Below, one piece after another: positions 10,140 through 18,576 of a stretch of DNA of 58,649 nucleotides. The notes below the pieces were generated by a model. The model ran no database searches. It worked only from the letters and a program-made list of their open reading frames with translations, and had not been told where the DNA came from. A program made the position numbers and the translations under genes. Origin of the DNA: Conexivisphaerales archaeon (GTDB lineage: Archaea > Thermoproteota > Nitrososphaeria > Conexivisphaerales > UBA164); NCBI GenBank assembly GCA_030756715.1, contig JAVBJD010000003.1, forward strand, positions 1 to 58,649. Direction: 5' to 3'. Every line of letters starts with the position of its first letter. The first letter of the stretch is position 1.

Positions 10140-10778
10140 ATGAGCAATTTTCAGAGAAATTGGGAGAACAAAAAAGATGAGAGCTTAGGAGATAAAATAA
10201 AAACCGCAGTTAAACCCGACGAACCTCTTAAAAAGAAACTCGAACAGGCGATAAGGCTTTTACAGATACAGATATCAAAGCTTGACGGAACAGCGGCAAA
10301 ACTGAAAGAAAAGGACCAGAAGTACTTTGAAAAGGTTGTCACATACTTGCAGAAACACGATAACGAAAGGGCAAACATATACGCTACAGAACTAGCTGAA
10401 ATAAGGAAGATGTACAAGATGCTTACGCAGGCCAAGCTAGCTTTAGAACAGATTTCAACGAGGCTGTCTACGGCAACGGAGCTCGGAGATGTGGTTGCCG
10501 TGCTTGATCCTGCAATGAAAGTCCTATCTAGTGTAAGGAGAGGAGTAAGCGGTGTAATGCCGGCTGCTGAAGATGAGCTGGGAGAAATTTCAACTCTATT
10601 AAACAACATAATGGTAGATGCAGGGCAAATATACAGCTCAGGAATAAACTTTGAACCAAACAATGATGAAGCTGAAAACATATTATCCCAGGCATCTGCG
10701 GTAGCTGAAGCAAGGATGAAACAGACACTTCCAGACATAAGCGGTTTAGGCCTAGGAACTGAAGGGTCTAAGCAGTAA
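10140..10778 (+). CDS. ESCRT-III/Snf7 (Vps24)-like coiled-coil protein
   Basis: 212 aa and predicted all-helical. It has a basic N-terminal half and an acidic C-terminal tail. The helix pattern 'LEQAIRLLQIQISKLDG...LAEIRKMYKMLTQAKLALEQI...ELGDVVAVLDPAMKVLSSV' matches the Snf7 family layout as I remember it. Confidence 0.55.
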   Translation: MSNFQRNWENKKDESLGDKIKTAVKPDEPLKKKLEQAIRLLQIQISKLDGTAAKLKEKDQKYFEKVVTYLQKHDNERANIYATELAEIRKMYKMLTQAKLALEQISTRLSTATELGDVVAVLDPAMKVLSSVRRGVSGVMPAAEDELGEISTLLNNIMVDAGQIYSSGINFEPNNDEAENILSQASAVAEARMKQTLPDISGLGLGTEGSKQ

Positions 10779-11664
10779 AGTTAACGCAAAAGTCTTTTAT
10801 CCAATCAAATTTTTTTTCAAGTATTATTTTGTTTTTAAAAGAACATATCTCATTTTTCAATTCATCCAGGTCTAAATAAACTCTGCAGCTTTGCATCTCC
10901 TCGGAAAAAACCTGAACGTTTTCCAAAAATTCATCATAACTTTTTATTTCTATCAAACCTGGATTGACTCTTGGACCTCCTAAAATTAGGAGATTTTTGA
11001 TAAAGTTAGGAGCTGATAAAGTGAACAAATTAGAAACAGTTGTTGAACCGTATTCACCAAAAAGCTCCTCCATAACTTTCATCATCTTGCTAAGCCTTTC
11101 AGAAGCTTCATGATAATTCAGAAGATGTTCATTAACTCTCTTAAAAGAATAGCCAAGGTCTGTCAGAACGAGCTTGTCCATGGCGGAGTGCATTCCTCTT
11201 ATACCCGGGATCCAGGTTTCAGCTATCCTAAGCAAATTCTCTGTATTTAAATCATAAATCCGCAGCTTTGCCGTTTCTGAAGCTATATCTATTATTCTGT
11301 TTTCAACATGAAGCGAAAGCTTTTCTGGAAATTCCCTGTCTTTTATAGGTTTTATTTTGACGGTTCTGGGGCTTAAGTGTTCAATGAGATCCTTGATCTT
11401 CTCGATGTAGTTTTGATTAAGTTGTGTGGGATCAAGTATAAAACAGTGATAACCAAGGTACTTAACGGCCCTCCTTTTGAGTATGTTTATCTTTGGAAGA
11501 GAAAAACAGAAGGCCGCACTACTAACAATATAGTCTACTTTAACATAAAAAGACGTTGTAATCCAGAAAGTTTTTTGTACCTGAACGTTATAATTATCTT
11601 TGAGCGTATTAATAAAATCTTCAAAATAGGTTATCTGCGGCAGATTCCTGTCCAATTTAGACAA
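10768..11664 (-). CDS. hypothetical protein (298 aa), no recognisable domain
   Basis: Long ORF with normal-looking codon and amino-acid composition. Its 3' end overlaps the Snf7-like gene convergently by 11 nt, and it diverges from scpB. Confidence 0.5.
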   Translation of the reverse strand: MSKLDRNLPQITYFEDFINTLKDNYNVQVQKTFWITTSFYVKVDYIVSSAAFCFSLPKINILKRRAVKYLGYHCFILDPTQLNQNYIEKIKDLIEHLSPRTVKIKPIKDREFPEKLSLHVENRIIDIASETAKLRIYDLNTENLLRIAETWIPGIRGMHSAMDKLVLTDLGYSFKRVNEHLLNYHEASERLSKMMKVMEELFGEYGSTTVSNLFTLSAPNFIKNLLILGGPRVNPGLIEIKSYDEFLENVQVFSEEMQSCRVYLDLDELKNEICSFKNKIILEKKFDWIKDFCVNFTA

Positions 11665-11727
11665 TCCTCTTATATCTTTTTTACCAAGCTGTTTATATTT
11701 ATTATTTATAATATATAAAGCATTAAG

Positions 11728-12267
11728 ATGCCTGAAGAGACTGGAAAAACAAAGCTGAGAGAGCAGCTTGAGGCCGCTCTTTTAGCTTCGGGAAGGCCTG
11801 TATATATGGAAGAACTCGTTAAAATTTTAAAAGCGAAACCAAAAGACATAAAAGAAGAGCTTGAGCACTTAAAAAAGATCTATTCTGAAGACTCTGCCTT
11901 GGAACTTGTGGAGTTTGAAGAGAGTTTCATGCTGAGAATAAAGCCTGAACTCGTAGCTATAGCCAAAAAGTTTTCAGAAAAACCTTTTCTGAGCAAATCT
12001 TTGGCAAAAACGCTTTCAATCATAGCTTATTATGGTCCTTTAAGCATCAAAGATCTGAAGGAAAAGAGGGGAAGCGTAGTTTACTCACACATAAAAACAT
12101 TAGAAAAATTCAGGTTAGTAAAAAAACAGGTATCAGGAACAAAAAAGGTTTATTCTGTAACAGAAGACTTTTTCAAGCTTTTTAACGTTCCTCAGGACAA
12201 AGATCAGCTTCGAAAAGCTTTATTCAGCAACCTCCAGCAGTTGGAGGGAAAGCAAAAGCTTCCTTAA
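11728..12267 (+). CDS. scpB: segregation and condensation protein B-like (winged-helix)
   Basis: 179 aa. The N-terminal 'LEAALLASGRPVYMEELVKIL' is the typical ScpB opening motif, and a second wHTH-like half follows ('LSIIAYYGPLSIKDLKEKRG'). Confidence 0.65.
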   Translation: MPEETGKTKLREQLEAALLASGRPVYMEELVKILKAKPKDIKEELEHLKKIYSEDSALELVEFEESFMLRIKPELVAIAKKFSEKPFLSKSLAKTLSIIAYYGPLSIKDLKEKRGSVVYSHIKTLEKFRLVKKQVSGTKKVYSVTEDFFKLFNVPQDKDQLRKALFSNLQQLEGKQKLP

Positions 12268-12454
12268 CGTCGGCAAGCACAAAGTCGTCGGGGAGTTTTT
12301 CACCGTTTATTAGCACGATGACTTGTGAAGGATCTACGTTTAAGAGCTTTGAAAGTTTTTCCCTGAGATCTTTTATGTTTGAAGCTTCTACGTCAACGTA
12401 ATCAGCTTTTGCAATTTCTCTGAACTTCGCAAAGATCCTAACTCTCACTTTCAA
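12224..12454 (-). CDS. MoaD/ThiS/SAMP-like beta-grasp protein ending in ...PPTAGGC
   Basis: 76 aa. 'MKVRVRIFAKFREI...' and the C-terminal 'FPPTAGG' are typical of MoaD/SAMP proteins. One extra Cys codon (TGC) precedes the TGA stop. Confidence 0.7.
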   Translation of the reverse strand: MKVRVRIFAKFREIAKADYVDVEASNIKDLREKLSKLLNVDPSQVIVLINGEKLPDDFVLADVKEAFAFPPTAGGC

Positions 12455-12680
12455 TCTTTGTCGCCGCTTCTAAAATTTCTAACACGTTTTTATCTATATC
12501 ATCCTGAAATGGAGATTGAGAAACGGCAAGATACCAATCTTTCAGCTCTCTTATTTTTAACCCTTTTTTCCTGCCCCAGGCTATGAGGTTCAGAGCTAAC
12601 TTTTCCGAGTAGTTAAGATTATCCATGGATACAGTTTTCCCTTCTTTTATGAAAACTCTTAGCGCGTTTTCATCCAACAC
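12438..12680 (-). CDS. hypothetical small protein (80 aa)
   Basis: ORF lying between the DUF2877-like and MoaD-like genes on the same strand. It overlaps the MoaD-like start by 17 nt. No motif recognised. Confidence 0.4.
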   Translation of the reverse strand: MLDENALRVFIKEGKTVSMDNLNYSEKLALNLIAWGRKKGLKIRELKDWYLAVSQSPFQDDIDKNVLEILEAATKIESES

Positions 12681-12712
12681 GTTGCTTAATACTTAGACAT
12701 CGAATAAAAGCA

Positions 12713-13507
12713 TTATGGACGAATAAACGATCTTTTCCTGATTTCCAGCCCTTTTAAAAACCCCAGCAAACTTTCTTTTCCTGATGTGTGACCCTTAAGC
12801 GAAATTTTAAGAAAGTATTTTTCTGCATCTATTTCATCATTTGCTGCCTGAATAAGTTCAGCAAATGAAGCAGAGAACTCCCCTAAGACAGCGCATCTGA
12901 GGAATTCCCGGCTTATCGAATTCGTCTTAATTAGCGCCTTGTTTATCGCTTCTTTTACGCGCTCAAAAAAATAAGAACCCTTTAACGATGCCATCAACCC
13001 CACTAGAAAATCATCACCGGAAGGCGTCATCCCTATTCCGAAACCTATTAGGCTTTCTAAATAATATGAATCATAGAGATTTTCAGGTTTAAATTCCAAG
13101 AGCGTCCTGCATACCTTCTTAACTGACGGAGCATAAAGTTCGCAAGAATAATTTTCACTGATAAACCTGCTTAGTTCATCATAAAAAATTTCATTATACT
13201 TTTTTAAGTACAAATCTGCGGTAGAAAATATTTTAGCATGAGAAAGGTCTAGATGATAACTGCCGATTTTGAGTTTACCTGCATAGTAAACTATGCGTCC
13301 GTGCTCTAGTTTTTTTAGTTCTGGAAAATTTTTAACAACTATTGAAGAAGGTTCGGGATCAACCTCGTCTGAAATTAAAAACAAAGCTCCTTCGTCAGAC
13401 ACGTAATCAATAACCTCTTCATTTTCATATACAAGTTCTGCGCTTAAAGGCCTTATGCAAGAAGATTTCAAGATTGCGAGCGGTTCAGATTTTAGCTTCT
13501 TGGTCAT
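12713..13507 (-). CDS. DUF2877 (YlbF/AllH-like) protein
   Basis: 264 aa. 'GFGIGMTPSGDDFLVGLMASL' and the C-terminal 'GHTSGKESLLG' resemble the DUF2877 signature as I remember it. The gene is paired with FdrA and DUF1116 across the divergent spacer. Confidence 0.6.
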   Translation of the reverse strand: MTKKLKSEPLAILKSSCIRPLSAELVYENEEVIDYVSDEGALFLISDEVDPEPSSIVVKNFPELKKLEHGRIVYYAGKLKIGSYHLDLSHAKIFSTADLYLKKYNEIFYDELSRFISENYSCELYAPSVKKVCRTLLEFKPENLYDSYYLESLIGFGIGMTPSGDDFLVGLMASLKGSYFFERVKEAINKALIKTNSISREFLRCAVLGEFSASFAELIQAANDEIDAEKYFLKISLKGHTSGKESLLGFLKGLEIRKRSFIRP

Positions 13508-13515
13508 TTCATCTT

Positions 13516-14193
13516 TTAAAGTTCTTTAATGACGTTCAAAACTGAGTTTATCCTTTCAGCATATTCTACAGATGAAGTTAAGTAACTTCCTACCACAAAC
13601 ACGTTTACGTTGGTGCCTTTGAACGCCTTTATCTTATCTGGGTTTAAACCGCCCGCTACAGAAATTACGCTTTCGCTTTTACCAAGCATTTTGAGCCTGT
13701 CGAGCAGAAGCTCAGCGCTCGTGGATCTTCTTTTTTGAACGTCTATCGGAACGTGGAAAGAGAAAGCCTTTATTCCTAACTTTTGCAGTTCGTGCATCCT
13801 CTGCAGAGGATCTTCCGTATTTATAAGATCAACTTCCAGTAGCATACCGGTTTTTTCAGCTTCTTCCTTTGCTGCCTGTATTGTATCGTTTGACGCGCAG
13901 CCTAAAACAGTGACTATATCTGCTCCAGCTTCTCCCGCTAGCCTCACTTCCAGATCTCCCACGTCGGCAGATTTCATGTCAGCTAAGATAAGTGATTCTT
14001 TAGCGCTATTTTTTAATTCTTTTATTATTTTTGTGCCGTACCTTTTAATCAGAGGAGTTCCAGCTTCTACAACGCTAACTTTGAGCTTACCAGCAACCAT
14101 AGCTATTTTGGTTGCGAGTTGTCTGTCAGGTACATCAAGGGCAACCTGAAGGTGCCTACCGTCCTTTAATCTGAGGAAAGCTTCTGTCTCCAC
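13516..14193 (-). CDS. OMP-decarboxylase-suprafamily TIM barrel (3-hexulose-6-phosphate synthase / 3-keto-L-gulonate-6-P decarboxylase-like)
   Basis: 225 aa with a GTG start. Motifs are 'LQVALDV', 'VEAGTPLIKRYG', 'ILADMKSADVGDLEV' and 'GADIVTVLG', as in HPS/KGPDC family members. Confidence 0.7.
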   Translation of the reverse strand: METEAFLRLKDGRHLQVALDVPDRQLATKIAMVAGKLKVSVVEAGTPLIKRYGTKIIKELKNSAKESLILADMKSADVGDLEVRLAGEAGADIVTVLGCASNDTIQAAKEEAEKTGMLLEVDLINTEDPLQRMHELQKLGIKAFSFHVPIDVQKRRSTSAELLLDRLKMLGKSESVISVAGGLNPDKIKAFKGTNVNVFVVGSYLTSSVEYAERINSVLNVIKEL

Positions 14194-14311
14194 ATTCAGG
14201 ATATGTTAAATCTTTATAAAAACATTGTCGAGGAGCGCATTTTTGAAAGTCGAACCCGAAACCATAATACCATGGTAAATATATAAATAAGCTGATAATA
14301 AAATAATTGAA
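14194..14311. promoter_or_regulatory. divergent promoter spacer with two TATA-like boxes
   Basis: 'TTTATAAA' (14213-14220) lies about 23 nt from the minus-strand GTG at 14193. 'TATATAAA' (14280-14287) lies about 28 nt from ATG 14312. Confidence 0.4.
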
Positions 14312-15835
14312 ATGGGAAAAAAGTTCACGATCGTGTTGAGAAACGAATACCGCGATTCTGTTTTCCTGATGAGAATAAACGATTTAGTTGAAAAGACAGA
14401 AGGCGTTACAAGGGCTGCGGTCATGATGGGAACAGAGGCTAATAAAGACCTGATGAAAGAAGCAGGACTTTATACTGAAGAAGCCAGGGAAGCCGGTCCA
14501 AACGACCTTATAATAGTCGTAGAAGCCGAAGATGAAAAATCAGCACAGAGAGCCTTAGAGTACGCCAAGAGCTTAGTTTATAAAACAGAAAAAGAAGAAA
14601 GGAAAGAGGAACAGAACTATATGAGCATACGCAGCGCCGTTTCATTTGAACCCGATATAGATCTTGTGTTGGTTTCCACTCCGGGGGAGTACGCTTATAG
14701 GGAAGCCATGAGAGCCTTGCTGCTGAACAAACACGTCATGGTCTTTAGCAGCAACGTCCCCATAGAAAAGGAAAAATCACTTAAAACCTACGCGAAGAGC
14801 AAAAATCTGCTAGTGATGGGGCCGGATGCTGGAACTGCGATCATAGGCTCAGTAGGTCTGGGATTTTTTAACGTAGTTAAAGAAGGGCCTGTGGGAGTTG
14901 TCGGTGCCGCGGGAACCGGCATACAGGTTGTTACTTCGCTTTTAGACCTTGCAGGTTCTGGAATAACCGCTGCTATTGGAACAGGTTCTAACGATGTCAA
15001 AGAAGCTATAGGAGGAATAACGCTAAAAACAGGAATAAACATGCTAGCCTCTCATTCAAGAACCAAGGTCATAACAGTAATCTCAAAGCCCCCTTCTGAA
15101 AAGATAGTTAAAGAAACAGTTGAAGTTCTGTCTAAAATCGGAAAGCCCGGGGTTATGAATTTTATAGGTTACAAGGGGAAAGACATAAGCGATAATCTTA
15201 AGTTCGCTGATACTTTAGAAGACGCCGCTCGCATTTCATACAGCTTTGCCAACAGTGACAGTTTTAAGTTACCTGATTGGACTTCTGAAAACGAAGTTAA
15301 TAAGGCAGAAGAAAAGCTAACAAGTGATCAGGTTTACATAAGGGGTTTATTCTCAGGAGGGACAATATGTTACGAAACCCAGTACTTGATGAGCAAAGAA
15401 GGGATAAAAACATACTCCAACGCGCCCCTCGATAAAGATTACGAAATAGGGGGTTTTGAACCTTCGAAGAAAGATACCGTTCTGGACATGGGAGCAGAGG
15501 AATTTGTGAGGGGTGTTCCCCATCCGATGATAGACTTTAGGTTTAGGAAGGAAAGGCTTTTAAAAGAAGTTGAAGACAAAGAAGTAGCTGTGATACTCTT
15601 TGATATAGTTCTTGGCTACGGAGCAAACATGAATCCAGCAGCAGAAATGGTTGATGCGATAAAAAAGGCAAGAAAAATCAATGAGAGGGTAGCATTTGTT
15701 GCATCTGTAATAGGTACTGAAAAAGACCCGCAGGGTTTGAATTCTCAGGTAGAGCAGCTGAAAAGTGCAGGCGTGCTGGTTTATCCTTCAAGCACAAGAG
15801 CTACTCAGGTGGCTTTGAGGATAGCAAAGAGGTGA
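14312..15835 (+). CDS. fdrA: FdrA/AllF-like acyl-CoA-synthetase (succinyl-CoA synthetase alpha-like) protein
   Basis: 507 aa. The N-terminal 'YRDSVFLMRIN' resembles the E. coli FdrA start as I remember it. SCS-alpha-like segments 'LVLVSTPGEYA', 'VMGPDAGTAIIG' and 'GVVGAAGTGIQ' are present. Confidence 0.8.
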   Translation: MGKKFTIVLRNEYRDSVFLMRINDLVEKTEGVTRAAVMMGTEANKDLMKEAGLYTEEAREAGPNDLIIVVEAEDEKSAQRALEYAKSLVYKTEKEERKEEQNYMSIRSAVSFEPDIDLVLVSTPGEYAYREAMRALLLNKHVMVFSSNVPIEKEKSLKTYAKSKNLLVMGPDAGTAIIGSVGLGFFNVVKEGPVGVVGAAGTGIQVVTSLLDLAGSGITAAIGTGSNDVKEAIGGITLKTGINMLASHSRTKVITVISKPPSEKIVKETVEVLSKIGKPGVMNFIGYKGKDISDNLKFADTLEDAARISYSFANSDSFKLPDWTSENEVNKAEEKLTSDQVYIRGLFSGGTICYETQYLMSKEGIKTYSNAPLDKDYEIGGFEPSKKDTVLDMGAEEFVRGVPHPMIDFRFRKERLLKEVEDKEVAVILFDIVLGYGANMNPAAEMVDAIKKARKINERVAFVASVIGTEKDPQGLNSQVEQLKSAGVLVYPSSTRATQVALRIAKR

Positions 15836-15840
15836 TCCTG

Positions 15841-17247
15841 ATGAGCAGCTTTTTCGATAAAAAGGTAAAAGTTCTCAACGTTGGTCTTGATAGCTTTTAT
15901 CAGGATCTCATCAAAGAAGGTGCGGAAGCTGTAAAGGTTGACTGGAAGCCTCCAGGTGGAGGGGTGCCAAGGCTTTTAAAAGTGCTTGAAGCTCTGGAGA
16001 CCGAAGAAACCGAGGAAGCTAACAGAAAAGCTGTTGAAGCGTTCACATCTTCAGACCCGGTGCTCGTGGACATTAAGCTAGCAAAGGAAGTAATACCAGA
16101 AATCACAGGCAAAAAATTTGGACATGCAGGACCTCCGATATCTTGGGAAAGGATGTCGGGGCCTCTTAAAGGGGCAGTGATAGGAGCGGCAATCTATGAA
16201 GGACTCGCTAAAGACGAAAAACAGGTCGAAGAACTTGTAACTTCAGGGGAACTGAGCTTCATTCCGAATCATGACGTTTCCGCTGTCGGGCCTATGGCTG
16301 GCGTCATCTCACCGGAGATGCCAGTCTTCATAGTAAAAAATTCTAAAGGATCTAATACAGCTTACACTAATTTTAACGAGGGCGTAGGAAAAGTCCTGAG
16401 GTACGGAGCTTATTCAGCTGAAGTTATTGAAAGATTGAAATGGATGAAGAACGTCCTCTTCCCTATACTCAAAGAAGCGCTAGAGGCACACGGTCCGTTG
16501 CCTCTTAGGCCAATAATGTCACAAGCACTGCAGATGGGCGATGAGCTGCATACGAGGAACAACGCAAGCACGCTCCTCTTTCTTGCAGAATTGGGACCTT
16601 ACATGCAAGGCAAAGGCTTCAGCAGAAGCGAAGTTTCTCAAAGCTATGAATTTATAGCCAAGAACCAGCTCTTCTTTTTAAACCTGGCAATGGCGGCTGG
16701 AAAGGTCATGATGGACTCGGCTTCAAACATAAAAAACAGCACTCTTGTGACAGTCATGTCAAGGAACGGGACAGACTTTGGAATAAAAGTCTCAGGGTTG
16801 GGAAAAGAATGGTTTGTAGGATCCGCTCCGGTGCCAAAGACTCTTTTCTTCCCAGGGTTTAAGGAAGGTGATGCAAACCCGGACATAGGAGACAGTGCCA
16901 TAATGGAAACCAACGGTTTCGGTGCCTTCGCATCGGCAGCCTCACCAGCTGTTGCTCAGGTAACCGGTGCATCAGTTAGTGAAGCCCTTAGAATAACGAG
17001 GTTGATGTACGAAATAACCATGATCAGGGACAAAAGTTTCCCGATACCGTACATGAATTTTGAAGGAGTACCTCGTGGAATTGACCTGCGCCTCGTGCTA
17101 GATACCAATACAGCACCTTACATAAACACTGGAGTAGCTCATAAACAAGCTGGAATGGGCACAGTTGGGTTTGGGATAGTCCAGGCGCCGATCATCTGTT
17201 TCACAAAAGCAATAGAGAGGTACGGAGAACTAGTTGGAGCGTTATAA
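15841..17247 (+). CDS. DUF1116 (YlbE/AllG-like) protein
   Basis: About 468 aa, immediately downstream of fdrA. An SD-like 'GGTGATC' sits 5 nt before ATG 15841. GTG 15832 is the alternative start and would overlap the fdrA stop. The family assignment rests on position, size and memory, and needs HMM confirmation. Confidence 0.6.
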   Translation: MSSFFDKKVKVLNVGLDSFYQDLIKEGAEAVKVDWKPPGGGVPRLLKVLEALETEETEEANRKAVEAFTSSDPVLVDIKLAKEVIPEITGKKFGHAGPPISWERMSGPLKGAVIGAAIYEGLAKDEKQVEELVTSGELSFIPNHDVSAVGPMAGVISPEMPVFIVKNSKGSNTAYTNFNEGVGKVLRYGAYSAEVIERLKWMKNVLFPILKEALEAHGPLPLRPIMSQALQMGDELHTRNNASTLLFLAELGPYMQGKGFSRSEVSQSYEFIAKNQLFFLNLAMAAGKVMMDSASNIKNSTLVTVMSRNGTDFGIKVSGLGKEWFVGSAPVPKTLFFPGFKEGDANPDIGDSAIMETNGFGAFASAASPAVAQVTGASVSEALRITRLMYEITMIRDKSFPIPYMNFEGVPRGIDLRLVLDTNTAPYINTGVAHKQAGMGTVGFGIVQAPIICFTKAIERYGELVGAL

Positions 17248-17248
17248 A

Positions 17249-17590
17249 ATGTCCATTTTGTTGAGAACCGATCTTAAGATGAGCAGAGGTAAGATGGTTG
17301 CGCAGGGCGCTCACGCCGCCGTTGCAGCGGCTCTGATTTGCAGGGATCAAAAGCCTGATGTTTTTTATTACTGGTATACGCAGGGGGCAGCAAAAATAGC
17401 TCTTAAAGTTAATTCTGAAGCAGAGATGATAGAACTTGTAAAAAAAGCTGATTCTTTAGGGCTTGTAACTTACATCGTGGAAGACATGGGCTTGACAGAA
17501 GTGTCCCCCGGCACCAAGACGGCAGCTGCCATAGGGCCGGGACCGGAAAGCAAAATAGACCAGGTTACCGGGAACCTTAAGCTGCTATGA
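17249..17590 (+). CDS. pth2: peptidyl-tRNA hydrolase, archaeal type
   Basis: 'LLRTDLKMSRGKMVAQGAHAAV' and the C-terminal 'TAAAIGPGP...ID.VTG.LKLL' are hallmark Pth2 motifs. ATG 17249 is preferred over the track start at 17234. Confidence 0.9.
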   Translation: MSILLRTDLKMSRGKMVAQGAHAAVAAALICRDQKPDVFYYWYTQGAAKIALKVNSEAEMIELVKKADSLGLVTYIVEDMGLTEVSPGTKTAAAIGPGPESKIDQVTGNLKLL

Positions 17591-18576
17591 TACCCGGGGT
17601 AACAGCAAAAGCGTTAAACGAAATAAGAATAAAGGGAAAGATCAAGGTCTTTCCTGAAGATTTTGTTGTGGCAGAAGTTATAAAAAAAGGTCTGTCATTC
17701 AAAGAAGGCAGACACCTTTTAGCGATAGCTGAAAAGAAAGGCGTTGAACACGCTGTTGTAAGTAAGACTTTGGGAAACATTGCGAACTACCTCGGAATAA
17801 AGGATAAAGATGCCCTTGCTTACTTTTTTGTGTCTTTTAAAAGGGTTAAAATAAACATAAAAAACGTGCCGGGGATCCGATTAAGGTTTGTAGGAAAAAC
17901 AAAGACAATTTTAACAAGGAGATACCTGCTGGGAAACGCGTTTAAGGTAAAAATAAGGGATTGTGAGTGTATAGAAAATGCTTTTCAGAACTGGAAAAAC
18001 ATACTTGAAAGATGGGAAGCGCCAAATTTCTATGGCATGCAGAGGTTTGAAAATAATAATTACGTTATAGGAGAAGCTCTGGTGAAAAGGGATTTTAAAA
18101 AGGCAGATGAGCTTGTGCAGGAAGATGGGTACAATGGGATTAAAGATGTACCACTTTGGTTAAGGAGGTTTTATGTTCAGGCTTATCAGTCTTATCTGTT
18201 TAACAGAGAGCTTTCAAAAGTGCTCAACGGAGAAGTTAGTGGCGAACCGATAAGGATGAATTTTTCAGAAGGCTTTTTCAACGGATCTGTTGAAATAGCA
18301 TACCTCCCGGGATACGGGTTCAGGGACAAAGGGGATGTATATTCTAAAGCTTTGATTGAAGTAGCAAAAGAAGAAGGGATAAAATTCAGACATTTTTACA
18401 TCGATGAATATCAAGAAATCAGCCAGGAAGGCGGAATCAGACCTGCAAGAATAATAGCCCACAAAGCCAACTACCGCATAAATGAAGGCCTGAACGAAGC
18501 TATAGTTAACTTTATTCTGTATAAAGGATCCTATGCAACTGTAGCTTTAAGGGAACTCCTATCAGATCTAGGTTAG
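17587..18576 (+). CDS. truD: tRNA pseudouridine synthase D
   Basis: 329 aa. Motifs include 'KVFPEDFVVAEV', 'KDKDALAY', 'APNFYGMQRF' and 'FYVQAYQSYLFN' (TruD family). It overlaps pth2 by 4 nt. Confidence 0.8.
   Translation: MIPGVTAKALNEIRIKGKIKVFPEDFVVAEVIKKGLSFKEGRHLLAIAEKKGVEHAVVSKTLGNIANYLGIKDKDALAYFFVSFKRVKINIKNVPGIRLRFVGKTKTILTRRYLLGNAFKVKIRDCECIENAFQNWKNILERWEAPNFYGMQRFENNNYVIGEALVKRDFKKADELVQEDGYNGIKDVPLWLRRFYVQAYQSYLFNRELSKVLNGEVSGEPIRMNFSEGFFNGSVEIAYLPGYGFRDKGDVYSKALIEVAKEEGIKFRHFYIDEYQEISQEGGIRPARIIAHKANYRINEGLNEAIVNFILYKGSYATVALRELLSDLG

Noticed and set aside
10151-10738. A 195-aa ORF antisense to almost the whole Snf7-like gene.
   Set aside because: Its composition is S/A/F/C-rich and low-complexity, as expected for the reverse complement of a K/E/A-rich coiled-coil gene. 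The sense-strand protein has a coherent family-like pattern. The ORF is treated as a shadow ORF.
14206-14424. A 72-aa minus-strand ORF spanning the divergent promoter and the fdrA start.
   Set aside because: It would occupy the TATA-containing spacer and overlap the conserved FdrA N-terminus, so it is likely spurious.
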